Source: Camelus ferus
Lineage: Eukaryota
Reading direction: 5' to 3'
Length of the DNA: 64,000 bases
Assembly: GCF_009834535.1 (NCBI RefSeq)
Contig: NC_045696.1
Location: 76,324,001 to 76,388,000, forward strand
Numbering within the stretch: the first letter of the stretch is position 1; each line of letters opens with the position of its first letter. The notes under the pieces are model-generated. The model saw only the letters and a program-made list of their open reading frames with translations, made no database searches and had not been told where the DNA came from. The position numbers were made by a program, and so were the translations under genes. This document shows positions 12,291 to 25,400 of this stretch, piece by piece.

Positions 12291-14079
12291 TCCGAGGTAT
12301 TTATGGAAGAGAGAAAAGTCAATGGAGGCTTAAGGTTTGGGTTTCTTGGGAGGATACGATTGGCTTGGTATTTTCATCTTTAATTTCTTTCAGAGGTACT
12401 TGTAGTCAGGATCTCATCCATCATAACCCCACGTGCACTTTGTAGGCTATTAGCACATATGGTTCCAGCTCTGGTACACGACTAGGGATGGATTGCTCAA
12501 TAGGAATGGCTGTGTTTTTGTGTTTTAAGTGCTACTTTTCCCTGAGGCTTTCAGCATGTCACTCTATTTCAAAAACAAGTGGCTCACATGTCTAGAAAAT
12601 CATGTGTTGGAGCTCACTGTCAAGAGATTCTGTTTATTCACGCAAAGGTCATCAACTTGGAGAGAACCTTGTTTTCACTCCAGGCTGGTATGCACAACTA
12701 CAAAGAGTTGGGGTGCTTAATGGCGCTTATGGCCAAGCTATCCTGAGGCCAGTGATCCTTGCACCATGAACTCATGGGATTAACAGGTATTCTCGTGATG
12801 TGTTGCATAGGAAACTCCTCTTGGTTCCCTAAATATATTGTATTTACATAGTGCCTCAGGACATGGAATATGAAACACTGGAGAAAATATTTTTGTGTGG
12901 TTCTATTAGGAAGGACTTGCGATTTTGCTCTTTGGCCTCTTGATTTCTATTATCAAAGCCCCTTTTTGCTTTATGGTCCAGAATCTGCCCAAGCTAATTG
13001 TTTGGGTGAATAACAGCTCCTTGAGGCACTCACCAGCCTGGACATAAGGACACGCTGGCTCTTGTGGCCGGGGCTTTCCACCGCCTCGCTGTGTGAGCTG
13101 CAAGAATTACCTCAGCTCCCTCGGCCTCCGTTTCCCTGTTCATAAAACAACAACAAAAACTAGGTTACCACTAAGATACTCTTTCCCAGCTCTAAAGGTC
13201 TATAATTCTACGGCTATTTTTCTTTTTCAAATTTACTGTTTTGTCAAGTATTTCATTTTTGTAATGAGGAATAGTCTGGAATAGAATAAACAACTGCTAC
13301 CTAGAAGATATAATTAAGTTTGTATATTATTTCCTAGAACTAAAATGCAATGGATTTTAATTTTATTCATAATTACTAACTTCAGGCTTAAAATATCTGT
13401 GTATGAAGTAGGAATATTGCACCATTTTTACAGCCTCTTCTTCTCATATTAATAAAGTAACATAATAAAATACCACCCACAAAAATGATAAGCCTCATTC
13501 TATCAAGGGGAAGCATAATTAGCAAATTAAACAATTGGACTTACACTTATATTCCCAAGGTTTTTGATTTAAGTAAAGCCCATGGCCTAAATCACAGTGA
13601 TCATAATATGGTACTAAGTAAATAAAAGTATGTCTGCCTTTCACAATTACGTTTTTATTTCCCATTTTGCATTTTCAGTATAAAAGCTAGGTTTTGTTTA
13701 CACTTTGATTTACTAGAGATTTTTCTTAAATAATACCTTCTGAAAATAGAAGTGCAAACATACATATAATGCATGGATTTCTGCCCCCTATACACTTTAG
13801 CTTGTACCCAGTCTTTTTTGGTGGCATGCAAATAGAAATATTGGTGCTTTCAATTTAGAAAATGTTATACTTCCCCTATTATCTTCAAAAAATAGTCTTT
13901 GAAAGAAAGGTTACTATCTTTAGTCTGATTTCTCTGTATGTCTCTGGAATAACAGGATATACAAATCAGTTTCAGAAGCAGTGCTCCAGAAACACAGGAA
14001 GTTCTGAAACAAGGGAAGACACAACTTCCCAGGGATAGCACTCCATCAGCTCTGAAGGTCATCTGGCCGGTTCCTGAAG

Positions 14080-14285
14080 ACAATGGTATTGTGGTTGAGC
14101 AGACACATTGGCGCATACAGACTGAAGTTCAAATCCTGCCTCTGCCATTTAATAGTTTAATCTTCACACATTGCCCTTTTTCATTTTTAAAATGGAGGAA
14201 ATACTGCCTAATTCATAGAATTTGTGCAAAAATTAAATAACATAATGTGGATAACATACTGGCACATCATTATTACCCAAGAAAT
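14080..14285 (-). mobile_element. MIR SINE
   Basis: gttcaaatcctgcctctgccattta...tttttcatttttaaaatggagg. Confidence 0.6.
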
Positions 14286-14877
14286 CGTGGGGGGTTTTTG
14301 TTATTTTTTATTATCATTTTTTTGTTTGGTTTTGGATTTTGTTTTGGTTTTTTTTTCTTTCCTTACTTTTATTAATAATATTTTTTTCATATGGTATCAT
14401 TTATATGTGGAAGTGATATTTCTATTATAATTATTCAATTAGAAAGAATGTGATCCTGGGGGTAAGTACACACCATGGTTTCAGCCATGACATTTCAGCC
14501 TGTAGCATTAGTTTCCCTTAGAGAGTCTTGCTGTGCCCAGGGTGAGGGAACTAGAGCTCAAAGACACAGAGAAAACTGGCAGCATCAAAGACCTCTAAGG
14601 ATGCTTAAAACATTGTTCCTAGCCCTGCCTGAGGCTCCATTCCTACCTACCAGCCTTGTTTCCACCCTCAGGCACTTACTCTATTTCTCTGTGCCCACAC
14701 CAGCCTTCCTTAGTGTCCTTCCTGTATGAGTCACCGTAACACCCCAGTTCAGTTACAGGTAAATTGGATAACTCCTATCAGGTCACTGCTCCTACAATTG
14801 GGAGAAGAGGGGGACTTGGAGATGAGACTTAAGCAGAAGATAAGAGTTGAGCTCCTTGAACTCAGCAAGTCATAGAC

Positions 14878-14918
14878 AGACACACACACACACACGCATG
14901 CACATGCACACACATACA
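14878..14918. repeat. Imperfect (CA)n microsatellite
   Basis: cacacacacacacacgcatgcacatgcacacacata. Confidence 0.9.
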
Positions 14919-16915
14919 TTATCAATTGTAAAATCAATTTACTGTGTTAGTGACCAGTAATATTGTAATAGAATAGAAAATATCAGTACACACTCCAGGC
15001 AGTAAGCAAAATGTTGAAACTTTTATTTCAGTTATGTGTATGTGTGTCTGTCCATCTGTGTTTGTGTATACATGTGTGTAAACTGGGTTGCAGTATAAAA
15101 TGTATTTCTTTTTGTTCTCATTTGGCATAGAAGACCTACAAGGTCCCTTTTAACTGGAAAAACTATAGTTCAATAACTCTCCAAAATCTGTAGAACTGGA
15201 ATTTTAAATGGCAGTAGTCATGAAGCCTTTGGTTTGGGGAGTTAGCCTATTTATTTTCCAGTAAGAAAATAAATTTCTCCTCATCAATAAATAAATGTGT
15301 GAAAAGAATATAACTAGGATCTGCAATCAATCCCCCAGGAAGATGGGAGGTCTTCTGGGAATTAGATTAAGGTATAAACACAGTGATCTGTGTCTGAAGC
15401 ATGCTTTGGACACTGTGACCCACACCCTCCACTCAGTAACTCACTTTTATACACCCGTATAAATACGTATTTCTGTATTCCAGCCATGGGAACTGGACCT
15501 GCCTGTGAAGACCTGAAGAGAGGAGGAAAAACTGCTGGGGAGAGGGGACAGGGGAATCTTCTCTCAGCATGCACACGTACATGCACTCACACACTCACGT
15601 AAGTGCACACCAAGAAGCCGGAAGATGCAAGATCTATCCATGCATCTGTCAAGCTTCTAGAAGCTGATGGGAGTATGTTATGGGTCAGTGACAGAATGAG
15701 CCTGAGATTCCAAAGCCCTCTGAAGCCTGTTTTTCACTCTGCTTCTTCTTGGCACAAGTAAGTCATTTCATTCTCCCCTTTACCCAGGCAGGCAATTAAT
15801 TTACATGGAGAACTCTAACTGCCAGGATGATCAGACACTCCAAACATTGGTCAGTGCAGATTCTCCCTGATTGAAAACTTAAATTGGAAACTTTTTATCA
15901 TCATAAATGCTTGACAAACACGAAATCAGAGCAAGGGGAACTAGTGGGCAGATATTACCTATTGGTTCTCCAAGCAGTCAGCATCTGATGGGACAAAGCA
16001 GCCCCAAATGCTCACGTTGCAGCCCAGGTCCTCTCCCTCTTTGCGTCTTCTTGGCTCACCACGCTCCCACTAACACATTAGTGCTTCAGATGATGAAATG
16101 TAGTCAATTTGGGTTAAGCTAACAGATTCCACTGTCCAACTCTGAGACCCCACTCAAACCACTTTGGCTGTCCTTGTAGGTTTCCAAATCATAACTGTAT
16201 ATGTGTAGACCAGCCAGTCCCTTCCATTACTTCTGAAGATAGTTAGTCTCAATTATTAGTAGGGAAAGTTCTGTCTCAACCCCCAGAGGGGTGCCATAAT
16301 ACAAAGTTCTGAGGATACCTTACATTTATCACCATGTATGAACACAAAGCCAAGAAGGAGATCCTCAAGGTTGGCATCTTCTTTTTTTTTTCTAGTTGGT
16401 TCTGTGCAGTGGGTTGGTACTAAGGTAACTATTTGCTCTTTGTACTATGTAGTTGCTATTCTAGGTTGCTTTCCATATAAAGGATCTGAACAATTTGAAC
16501 ACATGCCCGGGGAGAGTTTTGCAATTAGAACAATTTTTAAATCAAAGAAATAAACACTATAAACAAAGCACAGCTTTTTAAGTAGCTTTCTAAGGCTTGT
16601 TGCAATTAATCACTGGCTTGAGAAGGCAACTCCATTATCATTCTATTGAACATGAGTTACACATGCTTTGTGACCATCACTTCAGGAATAAATATATTCC
16701 ATCTTCCTTTGTACGTCTTCAGTGTAGACAGAGTCTTCTGCTTCAGAATTTTGATTATCAATATGTTAACCATAATTTTCAAATCAAAACTCTAGATACA
16801 GTTGCTGAGATTAAATTTGGTCTGATTTTATGATTTCTTATAAAATGTCTTCTCCAGGCAAATTGTGGCCATTGCTTCACATTTATTTTAATGTTGAAAT
16901 AAAATAGAATTTAAG

Positions 16916-16993
16916 AGGGGTTGGGGTATAGTTCAGTGGTAGAGCACATGCTTAGCATGCACAAGGTCCTGGGTTCAATCCCCAGTACCTCCA
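16916..16993 (+). mobile_element. tRNA-Ala(AGC)-derived retrocopy / short Vic-1-like SINE with TSD
   Basis: ggggtatagttcagtggtagagcacatgcttagcatgcacaaggtcctgggttcaatccccagtacctcca follows mammalian tRNA-Ala(AGC) with A/B boxes and CpG-to-CpA decay; flanked by direct repeat aaataaaatagaatt at 16897-16911 and 16998-17012. Confidence 0.85.
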
Positions 16994-17331
16994 TTAAAAA
17001 TAAAATAGAATTAAAAAAATTTTTTCTGACCCTCTGGAACAATTTTGAAATTGTTTTAAATTACTAAGTACTTTCAGTAGCACCTGGGAAGATTCACTGT
17101 CTCCCACTCCCACTGCAGCCCATCACCTTTGCATTGCCCCAAATTTAGAAGGATTTTATAAATGCAATATTCTCCAACTTTACAACTAAAACACCAGCAG
17201 ATATATACACGTAATTGCATTGAATGTGGGCTAGCGTGCACATGTGTCCTCGTTAATCCCTGAGTTCCTGCAGCCTATGACTCAATTTTTGTGACACATA
17301 TGTTGTTATTATATTACTTGCCCTGAGTCAT

Positions 17332-17445
17332 TCGGTTACTATTTATCAAATACTGGGATTTCTCAGTTATTTTATTGATTTTGGAGACAATGGGTCAGAA
17401 TATTTGAAACTGAGGCTGTCTCAGAAAAAAGAGACATACGGTCCA
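17332..17445. mobile_element. Possible hAT-Blackjack MITE (MER94/MER81-like)
   Basis: End aaactgaggctgtctcagaaaaaagagacatacggtc resembles Blackjack-type termini. Confidence 0.4.
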
Positions 17446-17564
17446 GGAATGAAGCAAGCATCTCTCTGCAGGAGCGAAGGCATGCCAGAAGGCTTGCCCA
17501 GGGCAGCAGGGCAGGCCCAGCACAGCTGTCAATTAAAGGAGGGGGATTCCAGTGATTATTACCG

Positions 17565-17772
17565 TCATGGCTACATTTTTTGAGTACTTACTATGCTTAA
17601 GAATCATGCCAAGTACTTTCTGTGCACAACTGCATTTAACAATCATAAAAGCCTTCACAGAGCCTTTTTAAATCATTTTACATATGAAGAACTGGGCTTG
17701 GAGAGAGGTCACTTAGAACTGTTAGAACCTGGATCCAAACCCAAGTCTTCCTGATTCCAGTGACAGTGCTCT
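17565..17772 (+). mobile_element. MIR SINE
   Basis: ttttttgagtacttactatgc...cattttacatatgaagaactggg...ggatccaaacccaagtcttcctgattccag. Confidence 0.7.
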
Positions 17773-20700
17773 GGGATTTGAATCTGCTCCATTCGACCTT
17801 TAGGAAGCTTCCCACTCCCTGACTGTGGTTCCAGCCTACACCCTTCAGTCGGTCTTCACCACTCCCACACCTCTCAGAATGAAGTGGGCTCTAAAACCAG
17901 GAAGATGTCTGCAGCAGAGTGCACAGTTACGAGGCATTTTTTTCATTTTTTTCCTTTAAATAATTCTCATAACTAATTCAATTTACCATTTCTGACTCCT
18001 CACACTCTCCCCCTCAACGTGTTCTTTTTTGATTATTTATTATTACAATAATTAACGTTTATTGGACACATAACTGTGCAAAATATGGAGGAAGACAGAC
18101 TCGCCCATTCTTTTGGCTTATGATTCAAATATTTAGATTGTAAACATAATATTTTTGGCAGGTTGATTCTGTATGAAGAAATAGAGCATTTGCAGGAAAT
18201 ATCAGATGCTTATTTTATGATCAGCGTAAGGAGTAATTTACCCCACACAAAGATTTGGACTCGGCAAGCAATCCTTGTCTACCTGCCCACATGTGAAAAG
18301 GGCAGGGACAATGCTGCTTGCTTGCCACGATTTTTAGGAAATGGGAATGTTTAACTCTCAGTAAAGTGTAGTGGCAGGAGTGGGCACAGTAGGTGACTGT
18401 TGGTGGCCAGCATGGCAGCTGGACCAGAGGCAGTAATAGAAGTCTCTGTATACCCCTCCTTATAATAATGGATAAACACGGAGCTACAAGTTTTTAAGAG
18501 ACACATGAAATATGACAAAATTCTTCTACTTATTCCTTTTTCACAATCTGCAGATGAGACCAGCAGCACATAAAGGAGATAATCAACTCCAGCAGGCTGG
18601 CTTCAAAACTTTCTGCCCATGTGGCATTTCTCTTTTAGAGATATAGTCTGAACCCCAGACAAGCCAAGTTTTGCATTTAAGAAACTCTGTCAATTTCATG
18701 TGGCATGATATCGGGGACTGTTTAAGACATAAGAGAACACTAAATACCTAACCCGACAACATTTTTTACTTAACAGTACTCAACAACCAAAAATAGGGAT
18801 CTCATGATGGTAGGGGCAAGTTACATCTGGGGTGACTTGCATAACAATCTTAAATTTCCACTAAAGGAGACTGTGCACTTTCACATTTCAGAAAGCTGAA
18901 AGGTTTTATTAATGATATATGAGCAGGCATGAGTGTTAAGTTGAAATGAACCATGGAACAGAGAGGAATTTTAGTCCAGTACCTTCATTCTATAGTTAAG
19001 TGGGAGATCATGTGTATTATCCATGGTCATGTAAGTAGCAGAGTTGGGACATAAAAATAGAATCTTTCGGTCATTTAATCCAGAGCTCTTGCCAACATGC
19101 CATGCTGTCCCTGCTTTTTTAACCCATAACACAAAAATTTCCAGGAGTGGATATGCAATGCTGGAGTCATCCCCAGATTCTGAATCATCTGAGCATCTTC
19201 ACAGATTTAGTGGACCCAGAGAGGACGCCAAGCCATTAGTCATGGATAGTCCCCCCACTAACCCCAAGATATCTCAACAGAGGACACTTCCAATAGGACT
19301 TCAACAGGTAAAGCATCTCAGCCAAGTCCAATTTGATTGGCCAGAACCAGTATCCTACTGGTTGTTAGATATTTTGACTACCACCCCTGCTTTCTGAGAG
19401 GTCCTGCAGGTACCAGAGCATCACTGCATTTCTACACAGCACCACTTCAGTTATACTTGCAGGAGGCAACATTTGCTGCTACTGAGTGCAAATTATTCAG
19501 GTAGTATGGAGAAAATTTTAAAATTACTCTGAAGAAAGCAACAGAGCCACCCCGTATTAGCTGCCTTAATTTTCTTTTCCCGTAGCTATAAATTCCGGAC
19601 AAATAAGAAGAAGGAATCTGACAAAGGTAGCTTTTTTATGTTTGCTGTAAAGTCTCAAGCAACTAGCTAAACCACTATTGGAAGCCGTGAAAGGGCAGGC
19701 TCTTTCCATCTCATTCATCACATAATTCTGGCATCTTGTTTACTGCACTAACTGGGGTTATAAAAAGAGAAGGGTCCACTGGGTTGCTTGACATCTGATA
19801 TAGAATTCCATTACTGTAAAGCAGTTGTTCAACTTTAAATAATCTTCCAATCTTTCAAACTATTGATGAAATAATGAACTCCCACTGATCTGTGATAAAT
19901 ATTGTATGTGTCAATCGGATTATAAGAGAGTTTGGAATTTTGCTCCTCGGCGTCAAGCATGGGACATCAGACTTCAGTTTCCCCATCTCACTCTGCTGTA
20001 GCAGAACTGTAGTGCTGCAATCTAAGGGCCAAAAGTGTTTAATTAACCTTTCAGAACACACCGATAATATTGGCAAATGTCTCTAATAGCTGGGGCCTTA
20101 ATAAAGGGGTCTTAGATGATGCCAGATTTTGCATGGGGAAAGGTGAGTTTCTGCTGTGACGTAGTGTTTATGCTGTGACATTTAGATGAGTTTGAAAAAT
20201 GGCTACAACATAAATTTAGCAATCTATGACTTGTACCACATTTTATGCTTTGAAGTTCTCTTTTATGTTTTAAAGTTCTCTTTTTCTTTACATCCTGGTG
20301 TTTCATTCATTAGTGTTTTTTAATGACATTTATTAGTGATTATTTTCAGTTGATTAATAAATGTAATGTCTTTGTGGTACTTTGTTTAAGTAAGTTGAAG
20401 ATGGTCTGTTCCTTCTGAATTGACCACTATGTGGCCTTGGGGGAGGATGAATGACTTTGCTCATCCATATTTTTATATAACTTTTCTAAAAGGCAGCCAG
20501 CCTAGGTTTATATACCATAGCATGCTCAATGCAAAGGTTATAAATATTTCTTACCCATTTCAGTTAGTTAATTCTATTTGCAAACTTACTCCATTTGTGA
20601 ACTGACCTGCTACAATATACGAAGATGCTTCAGATTTTTAATCATGTTCTATGTAAAATCAGTAACAATGTACCTTTTTTTTCCATATAATTATCTAAGC

Positions 20701-21069
20701 AGTCCTTGAGAGAATGACCCAGGCAAAGACTATCCAAAATTCATTTCAGAAAGGCCAAATGTTAGATCTCATTGTTTCTGTCTAGTCTGGGGATTTGCTA
20801 ACTAACTCAGCAGAGCATTGCACAATATGCTTTGGTTATATTTTAGCCGAATATTAGCCTGACTTCACCAAACAATTCAGGTCTACAAACCCAGTTCAGA
20901 CCCAAAGAGCAACCTAAATATGTTCCTTAAGTAAGGGAAAAGAAGAGAAAGCAGAAAACTAGCTAGTCTTAGATTTCTTAAAGGAAATGTTCACGTTCTC
21001 TAGTAAAAGAGAGTTTACAGTGTGTTAAAGAAAATGAAAGAGTTGAGTAATGTCTATGCAAAGAGGTGG

Positions 21070-21260
21070 GGGTGTGGCCTATCACAGGAGAGCTCGATTA
21101 AGAGTCAGAGGTCTGGTCCCAGCCCTTCCACTAACCAGCTCCACCATTGGACAAATTACGTCCCTTTCTGAGGTTCAGTTTTCTCAACTGCAAAACAGTG
21201 GAGCTGGCCTTTGTTCCCTAAGGTCCCATTCAACTCTTACCATGCTGAGGCTGTGAGTCT
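21070..21260 (-). mobile_element. MIR/MIR3 SINE
   Basis: gtcccagcccttccactaacc...ttctgaggttcagttttctcaactgcaaaa. Confidence 0.6.
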
Positions 21261-21784
21261 ATGGAAGATTTAAGATGGCTAAAGAGGAGAAGGAGGCAGA
21301 TGGTATACTGGGCTCAAGAGCTCTGACCAGGAGGAGTGACAGAAGACTCAAGAAGTGGAAAAAGAAAAGCAGATACGATTCCATTAAAAACAAGTAAAAA
21401 TTTTGGAAAGACCTGGAAAAGTAACTAAAGAAGGTAACAGCTAATAATAAAGTCCATTTCTAAAGGTGTGGGAAGTAAAACTGGCAAACAAGACAAAGAA
21501 ATATGAGGAGAAGAGTATGGTAAAAATTAAAATATTGCTCACTAGTATAAGTAGAAAGAAGAAAGAAAGTGTCCAGTGAGAATGCAGGCCGTCATATATT
21601 CATACTGCCAAATTCTTAAAAAGGAAATTGATACCCAATGGTAAACATACTTTTTTTTTAATATAAACTCATCATCCTTTATTTGTCTATTTGTCTATGG
21701 TTTGAGCCAGGCTGGGGAGCATGGTCTTATATGGCACATAATAGGAATCACCATTACATAGTGAAATGACAAGACAAAACACTG

Positions 21785-22140
21785 CCTATATGGACTGAGT
21801 ATTTGTGTCCCCACCCCCAAATATATATTCTGAAATCCTAACTCCCCAATGTGATGGTGTTAGGAGGTGAGGCCAGTGAGAAATGATTAGGTCATGGGTC
21901 CCTCGTGAATGGGATTAGTGCCTTTATAAAAGAGGCCCCAGAGAGCTCCCTGGCTGCTTCCACTATGCAAAGTCAAAGCAAGAGGTGGGCTGGAAGAGCC
22001 CCTCCACCAGACCACCCCACCCCTCAATGCTGACATCCTGCTCTTAACACTTCCAGCCTCCAGAACTACAAGGAATAAATATTGGCTCGTTATAATCCCA
22101 CCTAGTCTGTGGGATTTTGCTATAGCTGCCCAAATGCACA
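21785..22140 (+). mobile_element. MaLR solo LTR (MLT1A/B-like)
   Basis: tatggactgagtatttgtgtcccc...gaaatcctaactccccaatgtgatggtgttaggaggtg...gaatgggattagtgcctttataaaagaggccccagagagc...cttccagcctccagaact...aataaat. Confidence 0.85.
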
Positions 22141-22264
22141 AAGATGGAGACACAGAAAAGTTAAATAAATCCCCCAAAGTCACAAAGTGAGTAAGAGACA
22201 GAGCCAAGATTCAAATGTGAGCCATATGATTCTGGAGCCTCTTTGCTGCTGCTTTGACACAAGT

Positions 22265-22420
22265 AAGTCTTTAATATCAATTAAAATAAGTGCTGCAAAG
22301 GGAAGTAACCCAGCCCAGGGGGTTGGGGAAGGCCTCTCTGAGGAGGGGACATTACAGCTGAGACCTGAAGATGAGCAGGAGTTAAGTAGGCACAGTGGGG
22401 AGAGCTGCTCCAGGTGATTA
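22265..22420 (+). mobile_element. L2 fragment
   Basis: gggaaggcctctctgaggaggggacattacagctgagacctgaagatgagcaggagt. Confidence 0.65.
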
Positions 22421-25400
22421 TCAAATAATTACACTTCACTGTTCTTCACAAAGGCTATTGTACCATTAGCACATAGAGATGCCTAAAATAGCTTTAAGTA
22501 CACTTTAAAAAAATTCTTTTTGTAATCCCGATGGAGTACAGAATTATCTTTTTATGTAAATTCAGGATTAGACAGCCATTTCTATCTAGGCTGTGCTGTA
22601 GAAACAGTCTCTAAGAATCACTCCGGAATGCAGTGCCAGGAACCCGGAGGTTCTGGTAATGAAGCTCTCACTTTCAAATGATGAGAGTGGGGAAGGTAGA
22701 ATGACAGGGCTTTCAGGGTGCTTGGCTATTCTGTATTCTTGTATAGAGAGGATCCAAGTCCTGTAAATGAAAAACAACAGGAACCCACCCACCTCTGATC
22801 TTCTCCCCAACCACTAACTAGGTGCTCACTGAGGGAGAGCAGCCAGGAGTCCCAGTCCTGGGGTCAACAACAGGTTCTGGGTAAGGATGGAGCCATTCTT
22901 GGTCACAATGGAGCAAAGGGAATAGGCCAAGTGGTAGGCTTTGGCCATGGATCCTGCAGGGAGGAGCCTGCAACAGGCTACGACTGGCGGGAATTATGTG
23001 TGTCCGTGGGTGCATGTGGCTGTGCTGGGTCTGGATGGTTTCGTGCATGAAGAGAAGGGACAAAGGCGGCACTCTCTGCAAGTCAGGGGGCATATCCTGA
23101 AAGCTAGATCTAGGCCAGTTCTAAAATATATCTTAGAGCTCTGGGTCCAGGAGAGTTTTTATGCTTTGTGCTGCTTCTTTCAAAAACGATGCTCCTATTC
23201 CTCAAAGAAAGGGAAAAGATCCTGTCTACAATTGTAGCCTTAGGTTCTTTTTAAAGCAGATAAAATGGCCATCAAAGCCAAAGCATTCCTAGAAAACCGT
23301 TCCTTCTGTGAGTTACTTTTTAATCATGACTTCCATTTCCAGTGACACGTCTAGCAGGGACCTTATGGAGTAGGGTGCTATGTACAACAGTCGTACATAA
23401 AGACTTTACTCATACTTGCTACCAGCCTACCCAAGAGAAATGATTCAGGGTTGGAATATCTACCTGGAGGAGGAAGGACAGGGAACTCATATTTATTGAC
23501 AGCTGCTTTGTAACTGGAGCTTTCACAAACTGAGCCTTCACATCCACCCCATTGATTGGAGCCCCATTTACAGAGAACACCAAGGCTCAGGCCTCCACCT
23601 TCACACGCCCTCCTCTTGCTAAGTGATTTTACTACATGTGCATTAAGAAAGGCAGGTGCAGAGTATTAAGGAATGTGATCAGCTCTTTCATGCACTCAGC
23701 ATAGATTTTAGGTGCCTCTAAAGAGGTTATCAGAAGTGGTGCAGATGAGACCTGCAGACTCTGCCCTCTCGGGGGTAGCCCGGGCTGTGGACTGTATTGT
23801 GAAATGTCTGCGAACACAGAGAGGCCACAAGCTGACTTTCAAAGGAGCAACACCCATGCCTCAGGGTACCACCCACCATTGAGCAAACGGCTTGGGAAAT
23901 CCCTTGAAGGAAGAGTAAAAGGTGACATGACCTCAATCAAGACAGGGTGGCTGAAGGAAGTTGATGAAGGGCAGTGGGTGAAGAGGCCTCGAGGACACAG
24001 GGCAAGGGGTGAGGAACTTGGCTCCAAATGGGACTGAGGTCACCCAGGTCCCTTCTGCTATTGAAGTGACTTTGGGGAGAAGGTTGATGGAGCAAAATTT
24101 TCCAAAGGAAAATTGCCAAGTGGATTCTAGTTTTCCCATTACTGAAGAATGAAGAATAGTCATTTATTTGTTTCACTTCCCACAGATAAATAAATAACTG
24201 ACCCATCAAAGCCCATGGAGCTGAACTTAACCTCATATTCCCCTTTGCCTCTAGATCCAGTCTTTTATTCCTGTTTTTAAAACTAACTTTAATATGTTGG
24301 TTATTAAAATGTAACCCAAAGGAAACCTAGCTCATGGAAACTAAAAGTATTAGCAAGCAGTGAATGTTAGGATTATTTTTTCAAGAGTATTCATATGTAA
24401 CATTTGTCTTACTTCAACATTTTATTTCCAGTTAGGAACACAGTACTTTGTCTTTTAAGAAAAAATACACAAATACACATTCTGAAAGGTTATACTATGT
24501 ATTCTCTTCTTGGGCTTGGGTGGTAGGGCCAACAATAGAAATCAGCATTAGGAACACGTGACTCCCCTCTTCAATGGGGTCATAAACATGTTACAAGTAA
24601 ATGCTGAAATAATGACTTTCGTTGGACATCTTTTTTAATTAGAGCTGAAAAAGTTTAGAAAAAATAATAACCACCTGGCAAGCCAGCTCCTCTTTGAAAG
24701 CTGAATTAAAATCGAATGAGAGAAATAATTAGGACAGCTGGAAATAATAAAAACAATGGATACCAGACACATCTTTGACAAAACACAACAAACCAAAGAG
24801 ACATCACAATGTACAATCTTAACTGTGTCATAGCTCACGAAATCTCTCCCTTTTCCTCCCTCAGTTCCTGATCACAGTGAAAAACACTGTCTATCAACGT
24901 GCAAAGCCAAAAAGCGATAACATTGTTATAGCCTGGATGGTCATGACAATAAACAGGTAGCTGCTGTCAAATGTTGTGTCTAAATAGACACAATATTCAA
25001 TTTGAATAAATTACTGTTTCTTCCTTTTTGTCCCTTGTCTGGAGTGCTAATTTTTACTTCTTGCAAGTTGTTTGTGGACTAATACCAACTTGTTGATGTA
25101 TATATCAAGTTTGAAATGTGTGTTTTTTAGAAATATGGGGCTGATTTGGATTCTAATGTCCTGAATCAGAATTATTCCTGAACTATCGCTGGCCTAGATT
25201 TTAAAACAGCAACAACAAAAAACCTTCACCTGAGATGAATTCTGCTACTCCTATAGAATGGAGAAGCTTCTGTACTCACTGCTATTCTAAATAGCATTTT
25301 TTTTTCTTTCTATTTTTCAGGGACAGGGGGGTGGGGAGGGGGTGGAGGGAAGGCTATATGCCAAAATGCTAACAGTGGTTCTTTGGGAAATGTAATTACG

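Noticed and set aside
16920..16993. Functional tRNA-Ala gene
   Set aside because: TSD, CpG decay and substitutions in the D and T arms indicate a retroposed copy
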